Below are positions 1 to 11,739 of a stretch of DNA of 64,000 bases, in pieces (within the stretch, counting starts at the first letter, position 1; every line of letters begins with the position of its first letter). Below the pieces are notes generated by a model that worked only from the letters and a program-made list of their open reading frames with translations, did not search any database and was not told the origin of the DNA. Both the position numbers and the translations under genes were made by a program. Origin of the DNA: Octopus vulgaris (taxonomy: Eukaryota); assembly GCA_951406725.2 (NCBI GenBank), contig OX597814.1, positions 67,146,001 through 67,210,000 of the forward strand. The letters are read 5' to 3'.

Positions 1-845
1 ATACTTTTTTTAAATAAAAAAGTGCACAATAAACACAATGTTCGAATATAATATGTAGATAACTTTTGCAGTAAAGGGCAACTAACAGCAGTAAGATAAT
101 TTGGTTGTGTAAAGTTGTTTGAGAATATTTCAACAGTATCTTATAAAGAAAAGTCAAGTACTTAGCTACCAGTTGGAACTAAATTTGTTTCCATTAGCCT
201 TTGTATAACTTTTTAATATCTAGGCAACAAAAATATCTAAGTATGAACTTTTGTAATAGATAAAATAAGTAGTAAGTATAAGAGGTAAAGAAAATCTATA
301 GGCATACTTCAAGCATTATGAATTCTGACAAAACACTTAAAAGCTATGTAAAACTATGAATGTTTATTGATGTGTAAATGTTATTCTATGCAAATAAAGT
401 TATATGTTACAGCTAATTTCATTCAATTTAGTTTATGTGATCATAAACAATTTCTTTGATGTGAGGAGTCTCCTAATTTGATGATCTGAACAAACCAATG
501 TTTCAAATACAATAACACTGTTAAAGATTAGACACTCATACACACCTCTAAAATTTAATATAAACATTCAGAGTAGCTACACACTAATTGAGCTTATTTC
601 ATACAGTTAATCTTCCACATTAACAACCTCTGTATCCTAGATTTTTTCCAACAGTTAACCAAGAATTAAAATTAAAAAATATTATTTATTCTCAGAAAAA
701 TACACACCCAGGATTTAACTGGTACAGAAAGATCACTTTTTAATTTTACTAACCAAGCTGACCTATTTAACAGTGAAGGAGGACGGTCCAAAAGCATTGT
801 AGCATGAGTGAAAACAAGGTAATGACAGTTCAGACAGTTCATATC

Positions 846-1275
846 TCTGCTGGCAACAAAGGGTTTCTTTCTCAGAGTAAAGGGTAAACTGCATAATGTT
901 TCTGTATGATGTGCAATGATTACAAGGTAGCAACATGTGCACTTTTACGGAGGAGAATTTGTAAATGCTAGTGAAAAGTGGAATATGCTAAACTGGAAAT
1001 ATAATGCTAGTGCATATGAACAACGAAATGCAAATTAACTAAAAGAAAACCTGGATGTTAGAGAAATCGAACACAATGGGCAAGACAGAGGAATTCTGCT
1101 GATGCACATGGAGGATGTCAGTTGTATCAAGTGTTGAGTGCTCCAAGAGGTTGAACCCATGAATGAAACAGACCTAGAAGACATGTGATGAAGCAATACA
1201 CACTAATCTCAAGAAACTGAACTTCACAAAGGACTACAAAGAGTGGCTACATTTGATGCTGGAGAAGACCTGCTT
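846..1275 (+). mobile_element. Old degenerate RTE LINE fragment (ORF 3' end)
   Basis: Aligns by eye to 3955-4410 (LLATKGFFLRVKGKL... vs LLVTKGLSHRVKGRL...), with many stops. Confidence 0.7.
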
Positions 1276-2350
1276 ATGCACACAAGAACAGCAAAACACA
1301 GTAAAATGATGGTAATGAAGGTCAGAATATACATCTACATTTGAGTTACGTACCCATTACATTCCAGTTAAGTCTTCATTTACAGTGCTGACATCTTCAT
1401 TATCATTTCTCCTATCATTACTATGCCACATGTATGGATGAAGAGCGACATTGGATTTGTTCATATTCAACCCACACTACCATCATCTATGATTTTTCTA
1501 CTTTTCTCCTGTGAAGCCATCTATGTAACAATGGCACTGACTGTCTGTGTTCAATCTCCACCTTCCATTACTATCCTTTATTGTGAACCATCTCTCTCTC
1601 ATTCTCTCCATTACTTGTTCACTACTTTATCATTCACTATTGACAGCCATCACTCTCTCTTACTATTACCCATATTTACTGGAGCTCATTACTCTCTCTT
1701 CTATCATTCATTGTTGACATCCATCATTCTCTTTACGCCATCAATCACACTTGCATTACACCCTCTTTCATCAGCCTGCTTCCCTCCTATCACACATAAT
1801 CTTCCCCTATCATGCTGCTCATAATGTTTTTCAATTCAACCCCTTCACCAGCAACCAACATGTAGCTGCCCATTACTCTCCCTTCCATTACTACCAACTC
1901 TTCATCCTCTCATCTACCTCATTCCCACATATCATTTGTGTAACAAAAGATGGCATCAGATCTGTTTCTATTCAATCTCCATCTATCATCATTCGTCTTC
2001 ATTATTATTACTAACCATCAGTCTCTTTTGCATGCTCTCATTATCCACTTCCTTGTCATCAACATAATTTCTCTTCTATTCATCCTTTTGGTCATGTTGC
2101 TTTGAATGAAGAGACTATGTGAAACTCTTTGCACACACCATAGAAAAGGCAATCTTACTACTAGAGCTGGTGCCACAACAAAATGTACCAATACACTCTG
2201 TAAAGTGGTTGGTGTTAGGAAAAGCATGCAGCCATAGAAACCATACCAAAAATTAAACATAAGCAAGATGTTCCTGACTCGTTTAAAAAAAGAGAATCTT
2301 CAAATGAGAACAGGCTCAGACCATGACAATTAATTCAACCAATTGCCAAT

Positions 2351-4405
2351 ATGGAAAGTATAACGTGGTGGTGGAACAATATTGTAGACAGGGCTATTAG
2401 AGAAAAGAGACAGGCTTGGAAGGTCTGGAAAAATGGGGGTAGCAGGGAATTGTATCAGACTGCCAAAAGAGAAGCTAGGAGACAGGTTTATTTAGCCAGA
2501 GGGGAAGCAGATAAGAAAAAATTTGCCAATGTTCTGCGCCGTGAGGACCAAAGACTGGAGGTGTTTCGTGTTGCAAGACAGTGTGTGAGAGAGAATCGTG
2601 ATGTGGTAGGAGAGAAGTGTGTTCGCATGGAAGATGGTTCACTTACGCTAAATGAGGATGCAAAGAGAGAGGTTTGGAGATGCCACTATGAAAGGTTGCT
2701 GAATGAAGAAAATGAATGGGATAAAGAGAGTCTGCCGAATGTTGACCCAACAGAGGGACCAGCTATCCGAGTTGATAGTTCCGTGGTAGCTAAGGCAATT
2801 AGAAGCATGAAGACAGGGAAAGCCCCAGGCCCATCAGGAATCACTGCAGAGATGCTCAAAATGTCTGGTAGTGTCGGCTATAGCCTAGTCACCCGTATAG
2901 TTAATCAGGTGATACACAAAGGGGTCATACCCAATGACTGGTGTAGCAGTATAATAGTCAACTGCTACAAAGGTAAAGGTGATGCCCTAGATACAAATAA
3001 CTACAGAGGTATCAAGCTGTTGGACCAGGTGATGAAGGTTACAGAGAGGGTCATAGCCCAACTAATTAGAGAGAGAGTTAGTTTAGATGAGATGCAGTTT
3101 GGGTTTGTGCCAGGGAAAAGTACTACTGATGCTATATTCCTGGTAAGGCAGCTGCAGGAGAAATACCTAGCCAAAGATAAGCCCCTGTACCTGGCTTTTG
3201 TTGACATGGAGAAAGCCTTCGACAGGGTCCCCCGATCCCTTATCTGGTGGGCAATGAGGAAACTAGGGATAGATGAATGGTTAGTGAGAGCTGTGCGGGC
3301 CATGTATAGGGACGCCGCTAGTAGGGTGAGGGTTGGAAATGAGTACAGTGAAGAATTCCGGGTAGAGGTAGGGGTCCACCAAGGCTCAGTACTCAGCCCC
3401 CTCCTATTTATCATAGTCCTCCAGGCAATAACGGAGGAATTCAAGACAGGATGCCCTTGGGAGCTCCTCTATGCTGATGACCTTGCTCTAATTGCTGAGT
3501 CGCTATCAGAACTGGAGGAGAAGTTTCAGGTGTGGAAACAAGGATTAGAATCGAAGGGCCTCAGAGTCAATCTAGCTAAAACCAAAGTCGTAATCAGTAG
3601 GAAGGTAGACAAATCACAAACACCTTCAGGTAGATGGCCCTGCTCGATCTGTAGAAAAGGTGTAGGTAGAAACTCTATAAGATGCACCAAGTGTAAGCTA
3701 TGGACACATAAGAGATGCAGCAATGTCAAAGGAAGGCTAACTAGGAAGATGGTTTTTGTATGTGGCAGATGCTCAGGAACAATAAACACTGAAAATGCTC
3801 TGAGACCAACTTCCGTCACTTTCCAGGGAGAAAAACTAGAAATAGTTGATAGTTTCCGTTACCTAGGTGACCAAGTCAGCAGCGGGGGCGGGTGTGCTGA
3901 AAGTGTAACTGCTAGAGTAAGAATAGCTTGGGCAAAGTTCAGAGAGCTCTTACCTCTGCTGGTGACAAAAGGCCTCTCGCACAGAGTGAAAGGCAGACTG
4001 TATGATGCGTGTGTACGAACAGCCATGCTACATGGCAGTGAAACATGGGCCGTGACTGCTGAGGATATGCGTAAGCTCGCTAGAAATGAAGCCAGTATGC
4101 TCCGATGGATGTGTAATGCCGGTACTCACACTCGGCAGAGTGTAAGTACCTTGAGAGAAAAGCTGGACCTAAGAAGCATCAGTTGTGGTGTGCAAGAGAG
4201 ACGTTTGCGCTGGTATGGTCATGTGGCGAGAATGGATGAAGATAGTTGTGTGAAAAAGTGCCACACCCTAGCGGTTGAGGGAACCTGTGGAAGAGGCAGA
4301 CCCAGGAAAACCTGGGACGAGGTGGTGAAGCACGACCTTCGAACTTTAGGTCTCACTGAGGAAATGACTAGAGACCGAGACCTCTGGAAGTGTGCTGTGC
4401 GCTAG
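2351..4405 (+). CDS. RTE LINE reverse transcriptase ORF (684 aa, no endonuclease, internal PHD-type finger)
   Basis: Motifs NYRGIKLL, QFGFVPGKSTTDAI, FVDMEKAFDRV, GVHQGSVLSP, YADD, YLG, and the RTE-type C-terminus GSETW...LRWYGHVAR...RGRPRKTW. Confidence 0.93.
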   Translation: MESITWWWNNIVDRAIREKRQAWKVWKNGGSRELYQTAKREARRQVYLARGEADKKKFANVLRREDQRLEVFRVARQCVRENRDVVGEKCVRMEDGSLTLNEDAKREVWRCHYERLLNEENEWDKESLPNVDPTEGPAIRVDSSVVAKAIRSMKTGKAPGPSGITAEMLKMSGSVGYSLVTRIVNQVIHKGVIPNDWCSSIIVNCYKGKGDALDTNNYRGIKLLDQVMKVTERVIAQLIRERVSLDEMQFGFVPGKSTTDAIFLVRQLQEKYLAKDKPLYLAFVDMEKAFDRVPRSLIWWAMRKLGIDEWLVRAVRAMYRDAASRVRVGNEYSEEFRVEVGVHQGSVLSPLLFIIVLQAITEEFKTGCPWELLYADDLALIAESLSELEEKFQVWKQGLESKGLRVNLAKTKVVISRKVDKSQTPSGRWPCSICRKGVGRNSIRCTKCKLWTHKRCSNVKGRLTRKMVFVCGRCSGTINTENALRPTSVTFQGEKLEIVDSFRYLGDQVSSGGGCAESVTARVRIAWAKFRELLPLLVTKGLSHRVKGRLYDACVRTAMLHGSETWAVTAEDMRKLARNEASMLRWMCNAGTHTRQSVSTLREKLDLRSISCGVQERRLRWYGHVARMDEDSCVKKCHTLAVEGTCGRGRPRKTWDEVVKHDLRTLGLTEEMTRDRDLWKCAVR

Positions 4406-5026
4406 AAGACCCGGCAGGACAAGTGAGTCCATAACCCGTGGCCTTCTACATGGGATGGAGCCAGCCTACGTATGCATACCTTCCCTTCTTGGGACACAAA
4501 ACTCTACTTGTGAAGACGTGTTGAGGCAAGTGAGGATCAGAATCGAAATCAATCAATGGAAATTGCGGATGTGCTACCAGTGCCGGTGGCATGTCGAAAC
4601 TCTGCTTGTGAAGACCTCGTTGAGGCAAGTGAGGATCAGAATCGAAATCGATCAATGGAAATTGCAGATGTGTTACCAGTGCCGGTGGCATGTAAGAGAA
4701 CTTTCCGTTTTGCGGCCGTTGCCAGCACCGCCCCGTTTCGTGTCCGTTGCCAGCCTTGCCTGGCCCTCGTGCCGGTGGCACATAAAAAGCACCATCCGTT
4801 CGTGGCCGTTTGCCAGCTCTGTCTGGCACCAGTGCGGGTGGCATGTAAAAAGCACCCACTACACTCACGGAGTGGTTGGCGTTAGGAAGGGCATCCAGCC
4901 GTAGAAACACTGCCAGATTTGACTGGGCCTGATGAAGCCTTCTGGCTTCACAGACCCCAGTAGAACCATCCAACCCATGCTAGCATGGAAAACGGACGCT
5001 AAACGATGATGATGATGATGATGATG
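2361..5026 (+). mobile_element. Young 5'-truncated RTE-clade LINE with (GAT)n tail and 20-bp TSD
   Basis: TSD aattgccaatatggaaagta at 2341-2360 and 5027-5046; (GAT)n tail at 5005-5026; uninterrupted RT frame. Confidence 0.95.
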
Positions 5027-5943
5027 AATTGCCAATATGGAAAGTAAATAGATGATGGTGATAAATTAAAATAGGAAAACAATGATATGTTAGTTGTTTT
5101 CAAACAAAACTATCAGGCATAACATATATATAAACTTTTAATCAAATTATAACTTCTTTTTATGACAAGCATATGAAATGTCACAATTTTTGCAAGTTCA
5201 GATTCTGCTAGAGGTATTAAATTTGAGCATTTCTATGTTTTTATACTTGAGATTTATACAACCAGGCAGAGATACCCTCAAATGTTACTTCCAAAATCCA
5301 AATTATAATGTTCAAAGTAGCCAGAGACTAACTAAGTTTAATTAATAGTCACCTACATCATCATCATCATCTCAGAAACTGACAGAAAACTACAGAAAAA
5401 TTTTCTTTGAATTTCACTCTCACTTGAATGGTAAGTGTACAAAATAAACTTTTAAAACAAAACCTTACATTTTCTCTTGTCACTCTACAATCTTTGTTCC
5501 ATATAAGAATGGGAGCTGGCAGGGAGAGACTGCTGGCTCAAATTTGAACACTTGCATGTTTCTTGAATAATTATATAATTGGATACTCTTTCTACACCAA
5601 ACAAATCAACTATGAATCAAGAAGGAAGCCTCTTTGCACATAACTTGCAAGAAATAGCAGCCAAATCAACCTCAAATCACTTCCTATCATTTTATATAAA
5701 ACAGTATGCATTTGGTAATGAAGTCCTTGATAAGCAAAAATGTAGGATGGTTACTATTTGAAAGCAAGAAATTAAATAATAACTGCAAAACAGGTAAACT
5801 GAAAGTGATCATCTGTTAATACCTTATTCTAATAATGGTTCTAATTAATATTGTAATTTTTTAAGTGAGCAATATTAAATTGTATAAACTCTTCTAACAT
5901 TTTATTAAAATCACGCACTATATTAAAATAAAATCATATTTAC

Positions 5944-6024
5944 CTGGCATAATGCTCTGTTCCGAATTTGAACATAGAGTGCTTTTACGTGAGGGGCTAA
6001 ATACATATCCAGTAACAATGTGTT
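5944..6024 (-). CDS. GPS1: CSN1/GPS1 exon 10 ([27 protein letters not shown]); gene continues beyond the left edge
   Basis: TTTTAG acceptor, GTAAAT donor, 81 nt. [11 protein letters not shown]...QIRNRAL signature. The expected next exon (YFSPY...) was not found in 1-5943. Confidence 0.96.
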
Positions 6025-6462
6025 CTAAAAATCAAAAATATCAATAGCAAAATCATTAAGTAGCAAATCTCACAAACACATATATAATAGAAACTAATGA
6101 ATTATAACCACTAACTGATGGGTTCATTTTGTATCACTAAAATATTATATATTTCATATTTCTACAACAAATTGTTAATGTTTTCAAAGTAATATGCTCT
6201 TTCAAAAGATGATTACTCAGTCATTAACTTTTAGTTTGTTGGCCCACAAAAAAATTTAACACAATGTTTCCATACTTCCCATGTGTAAAAAAAACAAGGC
6301 CCATGTCAAAGTCCAAGCATTGACTTCCTGCATCAGTAATCAAATACTTTAAACTGTGTACATTAAGAATTTTCAGATTAAGCTATTTCAAATATTTACA
6401 TAGACAAGCATCTATCAAAATTGATAAAAATAAAGCTCAGAAAATAGCAACGATGCACTTAC

Positions 6463-6568
6463 TTTAATCTCATCTAGCAGTTTAAGGCAGGAATCATATT
6501 TTGATTGGTAAAACATATGTAAAATATCACGTAGCTGAGAATCAGATTCCAAGAATAACTTAAAAGAG
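6463..6568 (-). CDS. GPS1: CSN1/GPS1 exon 9 ([35 protein letters not shown])
   Basis: TTGCAG acceptor, GTAAGT donor, 106 nt. PCI-domain region. Confidence 0.95.
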
Positions 6569-7664
6569 CTGCAATGTAAACAAGATGTTTAATGGAAAAT
6601 TGATAAAAAAGCATAAACTTTATAATTAAAATTCTGGAATAGAGACAATAACATTATTTAATACAGACTAAGGTAATACAGTTTTTTTTAATAAGTTAAA
6701 TATATTTATGACAAAAGAGATTTTTACATGATGAAAATAGAACAATTCTGCAAACCTAGGATCCTCAAACCAAATACTTCCATATTTGAGCATTCTTTTA
6801 ATTATCATCAATATCATCAAACACACAATTTTCAAATAAGTTTGCCAAAACAATAGTTAAGAGAACATATACATGGAACACTACCATCCTTTCAGGAGAA
6901 TTTTTAAGTGTGCAGAGCACAGTGTATTGAAAGAAAAGTTGGACATAAGAGTGTGCACGAGAAGAGACTGCACTGGTCATGTGATGTTGCATAAAGAAGT
7001 GCTGATCACTTAAAGTGGAGGAAAATTGTGAAAGATGGAATACCAGGAAAACATGGAACAAAGTATTAAAGGTGCATCTCAAAACACTAAGCTTACAAGG
7101 GAGATGACAGAGGACCAAAAAACATAGAACATTGCTGTACTCATGATGACTTGCTCACCACAACAGAGGTGATATCCTAAAACCAAGATGCCACATAAAA
7201 AGTACTGGTGATGGTGTTGTGTAAAAAGCACTCAATACACTCTGTAAAGTAATTGGCATTAGAGCATCCAGCAGTAGAAACCAAGCAAAAACAGACTAAG
7301 GAACTTCAAGAGTTTCTTCCTTTGTCCACATTTTATCATTAACATCAAGGTATTCCAACAGGCTGCATTCAGATAACATCAATTTTCATTCAAATGAGAG
7401 TATTAAGATGATATTTATCTGAAAACAATTTTGCACTAAAACAATACAGTTGCCCAATTTAAAAAAAATTTCTAGATCTATCATGAACAGCAACATACAT
7501 CTGCTGATCCAACCTCTTGACAGCAGGGGTTAGATAGATGTATGTTAAGACGTTAAACCTAAACACAGTTTGCCATGAGTTTAGCGCCTGTGTAACAACA
7601 CTTGTCATCTGCACTTAAAAAAATTATTAGAAATATATAGAATATTTTCTAGATATATACTTAC

Positions 7665-7759
7665 CTACTAGAGATGACATTTTTTTGAAGTTCTTGTCGA
7701 TCAAACGACGCCAAAGCACACAAGGCTCCATAAGTGGCAACATTGCTTGAAGATAACAG
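7665..7759 (-). CDS. GPS1: CSN1/GPS1 exon 8 ([31 protein letters not shown])
   Basis: AAG acceptor, GTAAGT donor, 95 nt. Matches YGGLCALATFDRQELQ. Confidence 0.95.
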
Positions 7760-8095
7760 CTTGAAAAGTATCAAAAAATAAACCAAATTTAACGAGCATT
7801 CAGAAAAAAAAAAGAATTCATCTAAGAGGCATAACTCATGTTAAAGAGAAATAACTCTTGGGGAAATAAAATTAAAGATGGTATAAAATTTTAAACTGAA
7901 AACTGATTTGAAAGTGACGCAAAACTTTAAAAAATTCCAGTCTGTTGTATTCCACAAACTTCATTAAAAATGCACGTATTTTATATTATTAATAAATGGT
8001 AGTAAAAATAAAGAAAAAATATAAAGCAGGATTACACGACAGCAATCTATTTGTGAGTATATAAATACATGTTCATTTATAGATAAAACAATTAC

Positions 8096-8227
8096 CTCAG
8101 GATATTTAAAATTATCAAAAGAAGCTTGCAAGAAATTTTTAGCAGCTGATTTGTATTTGCCCGTAGCTAAGTCAGCAAGTCCAGCCGCACATTTCAACTT
8201 TGTCTGTACAACTGGATCTACCTCCTT
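8096..8227 (-). CDS. GPS1: CSN1/GPS1 exon 7 ([44 protein letters not shown])
   Basis: T-rich CAG acceptor, GTAAT donor, 132 nt. Contains the [10 protein letters not shown] motif. Confidence 0.96.
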
Positions 8228-8539
8228 CTGAAAAAAATGCCAGGAAACAATAGCATTTCTCCTTTAAATAAACAATAAAACGACTGAAACAGAAGACAAG
8301 GATTAGTAATTAACATAGAATTAAAAATTTCTTACAAGGTTCATTTTGAATTGGCCATCCATTTTACTTTTTGAGAATGTAACTCAACATGGAATAAATT
8401 CCCTCCTCCCCCAAACAAAAATGCTTTTTATAGATAGTAGTGAGATCCTGTTGGTAGTTTCCATAAAGTGTGATAGTGGTTGCCATGTACTCTCTCTCAG
8501 GAAGGCAATTAAAAATACAATAAATGAAGTGTATAAATA

Positions 8540-9810
8540 CAGGGTCATCCCATAAATAATGCAGTCTTTTTATACTCCTTTATTTCTCAAAATTAAGATA
8601 AATAAAGTTCTTTGCTTAATCTAAAATATACTCTCTTTCATTTTCTACAATGCTTTTCCATCTATCTGACACACTTGTAAGGCCCTTCTTCCAAAATTCA
8701 TGTGTCTGTGAAGAAAAATGTTCCTCCAGTGCTGTTCTGACCTCGTCTACAGAGTTCATATATTTTCTGTCCAAATGATTTTGAAGACTGCATTATAAAT
8801 GATAATCAGATGGGGCCATGTCCAGTGAATATGGTGGGTGGAGCATCGTTTTTCATTTAAACTGCTCCAGCCTTGGAATGTCATTCTCCCTGTATGTGGC
8901 CAAGCATTATCTTGAGGGAAGAACTCCTTTCGTTTTGAAACCAAAGATGATCATTTTCCTTCTAGCGCTGACTTAAGCCAATCAAGCTGCCTGCAGTTGG
9001 TCTCCTCTGTTATCATTTGGTTTAGGTTTAAAAGTTCATATTGGACTAAACCTTTCACATCCCACCAAACTGGTAACAACATCTTACGTGGTGAAGACCT
9101 TCTTTAGCCTGGGGTGCCAGTGTCTCTCCTTTCCCTACCCAGTCTTCAGAGCTTGACATTTTTATAGAGAACCTATTTCTCGTCACCAGTCACTATTCGG
9201 TCCAAAAAAGATTCATTCGTGAGACATGACAGCAAAAAAGAGCACACATTCATTCTCTGCACGTGATTAGACTCGAAAAGTTTGTGAGGAACCCGCTGAC
9301 CCAATTTGCTGACTTTCCCGAAGGCACACAGGTGTCGATGAATGGTTAAATGAAAAATCCAAGCTTCTCTGCTAGTTCCTCAACAGTTGCGATGGGATTT
9401 TGTTCCAGCAGGGTTTTGCAGGAAATCCTCATCAAACTCTACAGATCTTTTAGGAGAAGGCTTATCTTCTAGGCTGTAATTTAAGCTTGGAATTTCTGGA
9501 AACACTGCTGACACTGGCTTACACTTATTGTCCGACCCCCATACACTACATTAATATTCCTCACACTTTCTGTTGCATTGTTGCCTTTATTGAACTCATA
9601 AAGCAAAATATGCTGTTTTGTCACTACTATTATAGCTTTGAAAAAATAATTAAAATGGAATTGCACACTTCAAAACTTGCACTAAGAATAAGTACAAGGT
9701 AAAATTACTACCTGCTTTTATAGCAAGTTGCTGCAGGTATTTCATCCTGTCCCCCTCTGACATTTAGTTCATGCAATTGAAAAAACTGCGTTGTTTATGG
9801 GATGACCCCA
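8540..9810 (-). mobile_element. Full-length degenerate mariner (Tc1/mariner) transposon
   Basis: About 30-bp TIRs (cagggtcatcccataaataatgcag / ctgcgttgtttatgggatgacccca), TA flanks, and transposase remnants LLYEFNKGNNATE, TGDEK, QDNAWPH, APSDYH with stops and frameshifts. Confidence 0.9.
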
Positions 9811-9834
9811 TATATGTATATATATATATATAAA

Positions 9835-10220
9835 TATATAAGGCAAATAAGAAAATGGAGAGGATATACAATCAACAAACAGCCAGTAAGAATTCAATTA
9901 TATCTATTTATTAAATGATTACAAACATGTGATTGAGTGATACAAATTAACGAATGGAATAAGTCAATAACTGCATAAACAGATATATATACATATACAT
10001 ACACACATATATATATATGTATACACATATACATATATAGAAAAAAATGAATAATAATAGATGAGTGTACAGGTACTAATCCCTTATGGCTGTTTCTACC
10101 ATAAAACAACAAAAACTTCCAAGTTATCTTCATCATGTCAGTAATATTCAGGGATGAACAGACACTGGACTGAGTGTTGATAATGGATGTGCCCCTAGCC
10201 TTCTTCAGAGGATCGAAATA
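9835..10220 (-). mobile_element. Penelope-like terminal repeat with a degenerate hammerhead motif
   Basis: Begins next to a (TA)n run. The minus strand reads gatcct-CTGAAGA...GAAAC-agccata-agggat. Adjacent to a PLE RT relic. Confidence 0.45.
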
Positions 10221-10868
10221 TTAGGGAACTAACATGTGTGGAAAGTCAGTTGAAAAATAGAGTAGAGTAGGGTAAAATAAAATCAAATAATGTGATAGAC
10301 ATAGTAAGAAAAGTTAAGGTAAGGACTTCAATTAAGGTGTTAATATAATCCATGGTATTCCATCCTGTGGTAAGTAGATGCATAAAGTCACACTCAGGAG
10401 GAATTTCCACAGGCTATGGTTTACATTGTGTTTCCATGAAATAGCAAAGGTAGTAATGTTGTGGGCTTAATGGTTTGGTCCATGTTACAAGGATTAGAGG
10501 TTAAATGCTAACTGCTATTTAGTAAATATAGTATTATAAAAAGAGTTGGCAGAAATAACTTAGATTAAACCCATTAGAGGAAGTTTAATACATGAGTATA
10601 TTAATGAAAGAAAATTGGGTGAAGCCTAAATGCGATGCTAATATTAGTTACTTCTTGACTGAAACCTAATCCCAAAACCCCTATATGTAGTTGGGTGGGG
10701 TCAGGATTAATCCTACAACCTAATTGATCATCTAATATTTAAAAACAATGGTATTGTTCAAGTCCATTAGGGCTATCAATGAATTCCAAGACTGGTAAAA
10801 CAAAAGTATAAAAATCAAGCAAAATAAAATAAAAGATATAGATAAATACAAATATCAATATAAGAATT

Positions 10869-11340
10869 TTCACAGTGGGCTTGCCAGATTCAGCAGAAGC
10901 GACTGACTTAATAGAAATCTACTTTTAAGACAACATAAACAAGGAATTCCCAGAATTAAGAGGTCTGCATAGGGACAATGCACCCTTTATAGTTAAAAAT
11001 CACTTGAATAGACGCCTAGAATTATTAAAGAAACGACTACACAAGTTCTTCAGTAGATTTGGTCTCTCTATAACTATAGAAAACAAAAATTACTCAATTA
11101 ACTACTTAGACGTAAACTTTAACTTGAACACTAGACTGCATATGAACCGTATATGAAACAGAACTCCAACTTAAGGTATATAAATAACTTCAGTAACCAT
11201 CCCCAACAAACAAAAAGAGCCCTTTTGAGAAATATAAGCAAAAGAATCTCAAATCACTCCTCAAAAATGAAGAGATTTTTGATAAGCACAAGGATAAGTA
11301 TAATACAGCACTAAAAAATGCAGGGTATAAGGATAAAATT
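10869..11340 (+). mobile_element. Penelope-like element RT relic
   Basis: Hand translation gives GLPDSAEATDLI...GLHRDN (from GLYRDD)...GLSITIE...INYLDVNFNL...YEPYMKQNSNLRYINNFSNHP, the PLE RT/thumb pattern, with a stop and a frameshift. Confidence 0.8.
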
Positions 11341-11739
11341 AAATAATTTCCCTGTAGCAGTAGTAGTAGTAATAATGATGATGATAATGAGAATAATATG
11401 AATACATGATACAAATAATAATAGAAATAATGGAATTAAAATTAAATTTATAAATTCTAGTAAGAAACGCAGATGTAAGAAAGAAGGAATGAATAACATA
11501 AGAAATCCTAAACAGGCACACATCATCAGCCCCATAAATTGTGATAATAGTGACACTAATGATAGGTATAACAATAATATTATTATTAATAATAAAAGTA
11601 ATTGCCTTAATAGCAATAGACCAATGAGCAATAGCCTTAATCTTGCAAATAAAGGAACAATACAGTCTGGCTAATACAACCATATGCTAAGAAAATTAAA
11701 AATAACTTAGTAAAAACAATATTTAAACTAATTAACAAA

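Noticed and set aside
1423-2014. Hydrophobic 133- and 87-aa ORFs
   Set aside because: Low-complexity CT/CAT-rich intronic DNA antisense to CSN1, with no splice or domain support.
4499-4860. CRISPR-like repeat/spacer look
   Set aside because: Eukaryotic LINE 3' UTR, irregular spacing, duplicated spacers and no cas genes.
4926-4943. CTGATGA hammerhead-like box in the RTE tail
   Set aside because: Other copies read ctggtgca here, and no matching GAAA/helix arrangement follows.
4392-4973. 170- and 175-aa ORFs over the RTE 3' UTR
   Set aside because: They arise from GC-rich repeat modules and have no domain features.
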